The notes below the pieces were generated by a model, which saw nothing but the letters and a program-made list of their open reading frames with translations, did no database searches and had not been told where the DNA came from. Of a DNA stretch of 64,000 nt, positions 58,259-64,000 are shown piece by piece. The stretch is from Myxococcota bacterium (GTDB lineage: Bacteria > Myxococcota_A > UBA796 > UBA2385): contig CALOBC010000001.1 of NCBI GenBank assembly GCA_942491145.1, forward strand, positions 215,318 through 279,317, given 5' to 3'. The stretch's first letter is position 1. Every line of letters starts with the position of its first letter. Both the position numbers and the translations under genes were made by a program.

Positions 58259-59533
58259 GTGAGTCAGAAAGCCCTCCAGCAGAGCCGAGTCCGCAAGCTG
58301 CTGGTGGCCCTGCTGGGGGTCACGCTGGTGTCGGGCTGGCTGTGGTGGCTGGATCGGGGCAGTCCGGGGCCCGCGGGCGCCCAGGGACGTCGGTCCACAT
58401 CCGTCACCGATGGGGGCGCCCAGTCCGAGACCGGCACCCCATCCCGGCGCGCCCGAGCTGCGCTGCCGGTCCGCACCGACATCAGCGCAGAGGACGTGCT
58501 GGAGGCCAGCGGTGTGCAGTGCCCCCTCCTGATCGTTGACGCCGACGGCATTCCCACTGACACCCCATCGACGATGGGCGGCCTCGACCTCACGCTGCTG
58601 CTCGACTCTGGCCGAGCCGGGCGGGTCAGCGGCGTGGTCACGGGCACCCAGCTCAGCTTCCCACCGAGCGTCTTTGAGCTGCTGGACAGTGTTCCCAGCG
58701 ACGAGATGCCCATGTTCCTCACCAGCAGCGGCGAGCTCATCGCGCTGCAGATGGAGGGCCGACGGTGCGTGCGGGCGGTCTACACGCCGTCGATGGCCCG
58801 GGAGCTGCTCTGCCCCATCGAGGGCGACTGGGATCCGGTGGCCGAGCTGCTGTTCATCCGGGGCAACAGCGGCCAGATCCCCTGGACGGTGCGCGATGAC
58901 TCCCTCGCCATCACCGTGTTGGAACACACGGGCCAAGCGGACCTCTACCTGACCAGCGGCTCCACCGTCTCGATTGGCTGGAGCGGCGAGCGCTGTGACG
59001 CGGTGGACCTCGACGCCCGGCTCGCATCCCTCGAGATCACGGTCACCGACCGGCGCATGGACCCCTTGATCTGGCTGACCGGCTGCGGCATGCGCCCCCG
59101 GCGGGTCGTCGCGAATGTGGAGGAGACCATCGACGTGGTCGCCGAGCCCTGTGTGCTCGAAGCTTGGCGCACGGACGGGGCCCTGCGCGCCCTGGCCGAT
59201 CCCGTCTATATCGATCCGCTGCCCGGCGATGTGATCACCCTCCAGATGGACCTTCCCGAGCATCGCATGGCCGGCATGGGCATCGCCTTTGCCATGGGAG
59301 AGGACGCGGCCGAGGTGCGAAGTGTGCGGCCAAACAGCCCCGCCTGGGACGCCGGCTTGCGCTCCGGCGACCGCATCGTCGGCGTGGACGGCGAACCCAC
59401 CGATGGCATGACCGACAACGACTTCATCGCGTTTGGCACCGGCCCAGAGGGCACTGAAGTGCGCATCGTGGTGCAACGGGACAACGGCACCACCGAGGAG
59501 ATCAGCATCGAGCGCGTGCTCATCGAGCGCTGA
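58259..59533 (+). CDS. Membrane-anchored PDZ-domain protein
   Basis: N-terminal TM KLLVALLGVTLVSGWLWWL. C-terminal PDZ: GIAFAMGEDAAEVRSVRPNSPAWDAGLRSGDRIVGVDGEPTDGMT. Confidence 0.6.
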   Translation: MSQKALQQSRVRKLLVALLGVTLVSGWLWWLDRGSPGPAGAQGRRSTSVTDGGAQSETGTPSRRARAALPVRTDISAEDVLEASGVQCPLLIVDADGIPTDTPSTMGGLDLTLLLDSGRAGRVSGVVTGTQLSFPPSVFELLDSVPSDEMPMFLTSSGELIALQMEGRRCVRAVYTPSMARELLCPIEGDWDPVAELLFIRGNSGQIPWTVRDDSLAITVLEHTGQADLYLTSGSTVSIGWSGERCDAVDLDARLASLEITVTDRRMDPLIWLTGCGMRPRRVVANVEETIDVVAEPCVLEAWRTDGALRALADPVYIDPLPGDVITLQMDLPEHRMAGMGIAFAMGEDAAEVRSVRPNSPAWDAGLRSGDRIVGVDGEPTDGMTDNDFIAFGTGPEGTEVRIVVQRDNGTTEEISIERVLIER

Positions 59534-59554
59534 GGATCGCCGAGGTCCGACCGC

Positions 59555-60031
59555 TCACTCGCCGCGGTGCGCACCCAGCAGCTGGTCCATCCGGTCGGCC
59601 GGGCACTGAATCTCGGTGGCATTGTCGACTTCGGCGGCGGTCGTGACCACACGCCCACCGAGCTTGAGCACTTGGGGATCGGGCCGCATCATGCCGCCCA
59701 CCCACTGCTTCCAGCACCGGGACCCATCGGCGAGGGCGACCAGCACCGGCCGGGGCGGGTTCGTGGCCCCCGACGGATGGTCACTCGCGACGTCTTCCCA
59801 GACCGGCAGGTCGCTGGGCTGGGGGTCCGGCGGCGGAGGCGGGTTGGCCGTCGGCACCGCGGGCTTGCCGAGGGGACCGGCGGGCGCCGGGGGGGTGGAA
59901 TTGGCGATGTCCCCGGGGGTCGGCGTTGGATCTTGCACGCCACGGTGCGGAAAACACCCGACGGTTGTGCCGACGCTGAGCGCGAGGCCGCCGGCAAGGA
60001 CAACAACGACGGGTCTGGATGAGGAAGCCAT
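59555..60031 (-). CDS. Small Pro-rich lipoprotein
   Basis: Lipobox LALSVGTTVGC. 158 aa. Confidence 0.45.
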   Translation of the reverse strand: MASSSRPVVVVLAGGLALSVGTTVGCFPHRGVQDPTPTPGDIANSTPPAPAGPLGKPAVPTANPPPPPDPQPSDLPVWEDVASDHPSGATNPPRPVLVALADGSRCWKQWVGGMMRPDPQVLKLGGRVVTTAAEVDNATEIQCPADRMDQLLGAHRGE

Positions 60032-60075
60032 GGCCGCAGCCTATCACCTCCCGGCCTCCCCACCGCCCCTGGGGC

Positions 60076-61605
60076 TCAACGGGGGGCGAATGGCGTCCAC
60101 TTCGGGCACACAACACCCACCACCGCGTCGTCCACGTCGATGTTGACCCCCGGATCAGGGCCCTCGACGTAGAGATCAGCCCGGACCAGCTCCCCCCGCA
60201 GCGCCGGGGTCCACGTGGCGTCCAAGGACACCCACTGACCGGGCGCCGCTCGGGCCTCGGTCAGCGTCAGATAGCGGTCGCCCAGGGCGTCTTGCAGGTG
60301 CAGGGTGAGCTTCACCGGCTGGCTCGTCGTGCCGTGGTGGCGCACCCACAGGCCCGCACGCCACGGCAGTCCTTCCCCAACAATGGGCTGGAGATCCACC
60401 ACAGGCCCCTGCCAGGCTGCAGCGCGACCGCTCAGGCGCAGACCATAGGTGCCCGAGTGCGCCGCGTCGCTGTGCCGCTCCAGCACCCCTCCCCCGGCGG
60501 ACCAGCCCCGCGCGTGCTTCTCCACAGTGCCCGTCAATAAAGCATTCTCGGCACAGAAGGCCGGCGCCTCGCCCACCAGCGCGGACCGCACGCCCTCGAA
60601 GGCCATCTTGGGCTGGAGGTCCCGATCAAACAGCAAGGGGCCCTCCCGGGGAGCCAGGTCGCGGGTGGTCCAGTGGTCCCCGTCATGCAGCCCCCAGACG
60701 GTGATCTGGTCGCATGCCGGTGACTCGATGCAGGCGCGGACCGTGCGGTGGTAGAGCCAGCCTTGGGCCGCTTCCCGACCCCACTGCGCCCCCGCGGCCT
60801 CCCCGATGCGGACGTCGAGCTCGCTGATGTGCACCGTGAGCCCCATGCCGTGCAGCGCGTGCAGCGTGCGCTGGAGGGCCAGCACCGAGGCATCTTGGCC
60901 GACCGAGAGGTGGGACTGGAGCCCAACCCCGCCGATGGGCACATCTCGAGAGACCATGCCCTGGATCAGCTTGAGCATCCCCGCCGTCTTCGGGCCCCCA
61001 TCGGACACGCCGAAGTCGTTGTAGAGCAGCAGCGCATCGGGCACTTGGGCATGCACCTCGCGGAATGAGCGATCCAGGTGCTCGGGGCCAAAGGCGCGCA
61101 GGAACGGGGTGGCCGCAAGCTGACCTTGGGCATTGAGGGCCTCATTGACCACATCCCACTGGAGCACCGACGCACCGTACTCGTCGAGGGTGGCCTGCAC
61201 ATGGGCATCCAAGGCCCCTCGGAGCAAGCCCGGGTCGCCCTGCGGGTCCAGCCACGCCGGGATCTCCTGATCCCAGACCAGTGCGTGGCCCTTGACGGTC
61301 ATGCCCCGCTCCAGCGCCCACCCCACCAAGGCATCGGCCGCGGCGGTGTCCCGGGCCCCGGGTTGGTGGGCAATCGGGGCCCACTTCATCGCGTTTTCGG
61401 GGGTCACCGCCCGAAAGTGCAGCGCGACCAGCCGGGCCACCTCCGGCTCCCGCAGCAAGCTGGGGTGGGCCACGGCCACACCGAGGGTCAGGCCGGCCTG
61501 TTCCGCAAGATCGGCCAGCGAAGGGGACGCACCCTGTGCGCGACCACTGAGCGTCCCGCCGCACACCCAGATGGGAAGCAACAGGAACACTGACCTGCAC
61601 GCCAT
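60076..61605 (-). CDS. Secreted GH10 endo-beta-1,4-xylanase with a C-terminal carbohydrate-binding module
   Basis: GGAGAA RBS. Signal peptide MACRSVFLLLPIWVCGG. GH10 acid/base WDVVNEA and nucleophile VHISELDV. A C-terminal beta-sandwich region of about 150 aa. Confidence 0.85.
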   Translation of the reverse strand: MACRSVFLLLPIWVCGGTLSGRAQGASPSLADLAEQAGLTLGVAVAHPSLLREPEVARLVALHFRAVTPENAMKWAPIAHQPGARDTAAADALVGWALERGMTVKGHALVWDQEIPAWLDPQGDPGLLRGALDAHVQATLDEYGASVLQWDVVNEALNAQGQLAATPFLRAFGPEHLDRSFREVHAQVPDALLLYNDFGVSDGGPKTAGMLKLIQGMVSRDVPIGGVGLQSHLSVGQDASVLALQRTLHALHGMGLTVHISELDVRIGEAAGAQWGREAAQGWLYHRTVRACIESPACDQITVWGLHDGDHWTTRDLAPREGPLLFDRDLQPKMAFEGVRSALVGEAPAFCAENALLTGTVEKHARGWSAGGGVLERHSDAAHSGTYGLRLSGRAAAWQGPVVDLQPIVGEGLPWRAGLWVRHHGTTSQPVKLTLHLQDALGDRYLTLTEARAAPGQWVSLDATWTPALRGELVRADLYVEGPDPGVNIDVDDAVVGVVCPKWTPFAPR

Positions 61606-61777
61606 CTTCACGGTTTCTCCCGGTCGCAGATTCGCCATCGCCGCTGCACCAGCCCGCCGACAGACGGCGGGCTTCCCGGTCGCCGGTGCCCATTCGCCCC
61701 ACTGCGGGCTGGCGGGTCGCGCCCTTGCCGCGGTATCCCAGAGCGCAGCCCGTCGCCGAGACCGGGCAGGAGGCGCC

Positions 61778-63901
61778 ATGAACCGCGGCAGCGAGCCAAG
61801 CACACTGGACACCCGTGCACCCCGCATGGTGCCCGGGACCTCTCCCAGCGGCCTGACGGCGCTGGTGCTCGCCGCATGGGTGACCCTCGCGGGATGCGCC
61901 GGCAGCGGTGCGGACACAGCAAAAGGGGCCGCCGACGCCGATGGTGACGGCTTTGATGGCTTCCAAGCCGGCGGCTCCGACTGCGACGACAACAACGCGG
62001 CGGTGAACCCGGTGGCCGCCGAGATCTGCGATGGCATCGACAACGACTGCGACTTCTCCGTGGACGAGTCCGACGCCGAGGACGCCGCCACGTTCTTCGC
62101 CGATGCGGATGACGACGGGTTCGGGGCCGATCTCTACCCTCGGCTCGCATGTGCCGCGCCCATCGGCTTTGTCGACGTGGGCGGCGACTGCAATGACCGG
62201 GACCCCTTCGTGCATCCCGGCGCGGCTGAGGTCTGCGATGCAGTGGACTCCGACTGCGACGGGGACTTCGAAGACGCCGAGTCTCGCTTCACCTTTTGGA
62301 CCGACGACGATGCCGATGGATACGGCAATCCCGACCTGATCGTAGAGGCGTGTGTGCAACCGGAAGGCACCGCCACCAATGGCACCGACTGCGACGACGG
62401 CGATGGCTCGTCCAACCCGGGTGCGGTGGAGACCTGGTACGACGGGGTCGATCAGGCCTGCGATGGCGGGGATGACTACGACGCGGATGGCGACGGCGAA
62501 CAAGCCGCGGCCTTTGGCGGCACGGACTGCGACGACACCGATGACGACGTCAATGCTGCTGCGATTGAGGTCTGCAACGGGGTGGACGACAACTGCGACG
62601 GGCTGACCGATCCCGGCACGGCCGTGGACGCCACCGTCTACTACCGAGATGTCGACCGGGATGGCTACGGGCTCGAAGATCAGCCGATCAGCGCGTGCAA
62701 TCGACCCACTGGCTATGCGCTGCTGGTGGGGGACTGCGACGACAACAACAGCGCCGCACGCCCCAACGCCACCGAGACCTGGTACGACGGGGTCGATCAG
62801 GACTGTGACGGAGAGAGTGACTACGACGCCGACATGGACGGCTTTGACGCCCTGGAGCTGGGCGGGCTGGACTGCGACGACACCGACGCGGCGGTGGGCC
62901 GGGCCGAGTCTTGGTGGCCCGACCCTGACGGCGATGGCTACGGCGACCGGAGCGAAGACGTCACGTTGGAGTGTGACGGGCTGGGGCCCTCAGGCTCGGT
63001 CGACAACGGCGGCGACTGTGACGAGAGTGACGTCACCATCAACATTGGCGGCGAAGAGATCGTCTATGATGGGATCGACCAGAACTGCGACGGCGCTGAC
63101 CGCACGGACGCCGACCGGGACGGCTTCGCCTCTGTGGACGAGGGCGGCACCGACTGCGACGACGATGACCCCCGGGTGCACCCCTACGCGTGGGAGATCC
63201 CGGGCAACAGCATCGACGACGACTGCGACGGGGACACGGACGGCGACGACACCGACACGGCCACTGCGCTGACCCTCGGCGACGATGACTTCGTGGCCAT
63301 CGCCTTCGCCGACCACACCTTCCAGTTCTGTGGGCTGAACCGCACCACCGCCTACGTGAGCTCCAACGGACGGGTCACCTTCGGCACGGGCTCCATTCGA
63401 AGCACCCCCTCGGCCTCGGCCCACGGTCTCGACGACGCCATTGCCGGCTACTGGACCGATCTGGATCCGAGGGCAGGGGGCACAATCTCGTGGATGGAGC
63501 TCGACGATGCCGTGCTGGTGCGGTTTGAGGACGTGCCTCGCTTCGGGACCACCGACGGCGTGAGCTTCACCATCGCCATGCTGGCAGACGGCACGGCGAC
63601 CGTGGACGTGGACGCCGCCCCGGCCGCAGTGGCCTTGACGGGATGGAGCTGTGGCACGGGCCGCACGACCAGCCTGGACCTGAGCGTCGAGATGGACTCC
63701 TACCCCGACAGTGCCGGTGGACTGGGCCAAGGCACCGAGGGGGCGGTCTACGAGCTGTGGGACGGCGTGAGCACGCTGACGGACGTGGAGGGCCTCGCCC
63801 TCCGCTTCTGTGCGACCACCGGCACCGATGCCGACAATGACGGCTGGAGCGACAATTGCGGCGACCCTGACGACACCGCGGTCACCATCACGCCCCGCTG
63901 A
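61778..63901 (+). CDS. Lipoprotein with about 10 tandem Cys-rich DADGDGF...CDD...CDGxDNDCDG 'putative metal-binding' repeats plus a C-terminal domain of unknown function
   Basis: GGAGG RBS 7 nt upstream. Lipobox LAAWVTLAGCAG. Repeats such as DADGDGFDGFQAGGSDCDDNNAAVNPVAAEICDGIDNDCD recur about 10 times (the PF11617/TIGR02232-type pattern common in myxobacteria). Confidence 0.7.
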   Translation: MNRGSEPSTLDTRAPRMVPGTSPSGLTALVLAAWVTLAGCAGSGADTAKGAADADGDGFDGFQAGGSDCDDNNAAVNPVAAEICDGIDNDCDFSVDESDAEDAATFFADADDDGFGADLYPRLACAAPIGFVDVGGDCNDRDPFVHPGAAEVCDAVDSDCDGDFEDAESRFTFWTDDDADGYGNPDLIVEACVQPEGTATNGTDCDDGDGSSNPGAVETWYDGVDQACDGGDDYDADGDGEQAAAFGGTDCDDTDDDVNAAAIEVCNGVDDNCDGLTDPGTAVDATVYYRDVDRDGYGLEDQPISACNRPTGYALLVGDCDDNNSAARPNATETWYDGVDQDCDGESDYDADMDGFDALELGGLDCDDTDAAVGRAESWWPDPDGDGYGDRSEDVTLECDGLGPSGSVDNGGDCDESDVTINIGGEEIVYDGIDQNCDGADRTDADRDGFASVDEGGTDCDDDDPRVHPYAWEIPGNSIDDDCDGDTDGDDTDTATALTLGDDDFVAIAFADHTFQFCGLNRTTAYVSSNGRVTFGTGSIRSTPSASAHGLDDAIAGYWTDLDPRAGGTISWMELDDAVLVRFEDVPRFGTTDGVSFTIAMLADGTATVDVDAAPAAVALTGWSCGTGRTTSLDLSVEMDSYPDSAGGLGQGTEGAVYELWDGVSTLTDVEGLALRFCATTGTDADNDGWSDNCGDPDDTAVTITPR

Positions 63902-64000
63902 GCGCGGTCACGCGTCTCCACCGATCTCGTCACTCGACAAGCGCTTGCCCAGCATCGCGAGCTGAAGCTGCATCACCTCGGCCACGACGGCCGCTTGCAG

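Noticed and set aside
1-64000. tRNA/rRNA genes, transposases, integrases, phage genes
   Set aside because: I scanned intergenic gaps for tRNA-like T-arm/acceptor motifs, and ORF translations for DDE/tyrosine-recombinase/terminase signatures. None were found, so the window looks like core chromosome.

Overview
This is a very GC-rich (about 70% by eye), gene-dense bacterial chromosomal window. Many genes begin at GTG, and most genes sit on the minus strand, which produces very long antisense 'shadow' ORFs on the plus strand. The gene content points to a myxobacterium (phylum Myxococcota):
- many secreted lipoproteins built from Cys/Asp-rich 'DADGDG...CDGxDNDCDG' repeats and FG-GAP repeats
- an S8 protease with a C-terminal tail resembling the myxobacterial MYXO-CTERM sorting signal
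- Ser/Thr-kinase-like proteins carrying PEGA domains
- a 5-heme cytochrome c, and SelB (selenocysteine usage)

Housekeeping anchors are selB (5' partial), dapB, aspS, murJ, ndk, a phosphohexomutase and a signal-peptidase-I-like gene. I saw no rRNA, tRNA, CRISPR array, transposase or integrase.

The most unusual content, in window order:
1. A 1414-aa hyper-acidic lipoprotein made of about 44 tandem Cys-bracketed DxDxDG (thrombospondin-type-3-like) Ca-binding motifs. It is followed immediately by three tandem copies of a 166-bp intergenic unit packed with nested hairpins, a candidate structured-RNA or novel repeat element.
2. A roughly 9-gene minus-strand operon (23243..13928) joined by ATGA/TGATG stop-start overlaps. 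It carries MurJ, a separately encoded pseudokinase-like protein (a split analogue of the mycobacterial MviN-pseudokinase fusion), a sugar epimerase, a WxcM/FdtA-like cupin, two polytopic GT-C-like membrane proteins and a DUF5989 (SxtK-like) micro-protein, with an SxtJ-like gene nearby.
3. A clear DprE1/DprE2-like pair, the decaprenyl-phospho-ribose to -arabinose epimerase system. It sits next to an orphan flagellin-domain gene, a twin radical-SAM/SPASM enzyme, a GT4 glycosyltransferase with a coiled-coil tail, and a frameshifted hybrid histidine kinase. I propose this as a candidate polyprenyl-phosphate-arabinose-dependent glycosylation system.
4. A signal-peptidase-I homologue and a large membrane STPK-like protein that both appear to have degenerate catalytic residues.

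All calls rest on reading the translations and sequence by eye. Coordinates of internally re-assigned start codons may be off by 1-3 nt.
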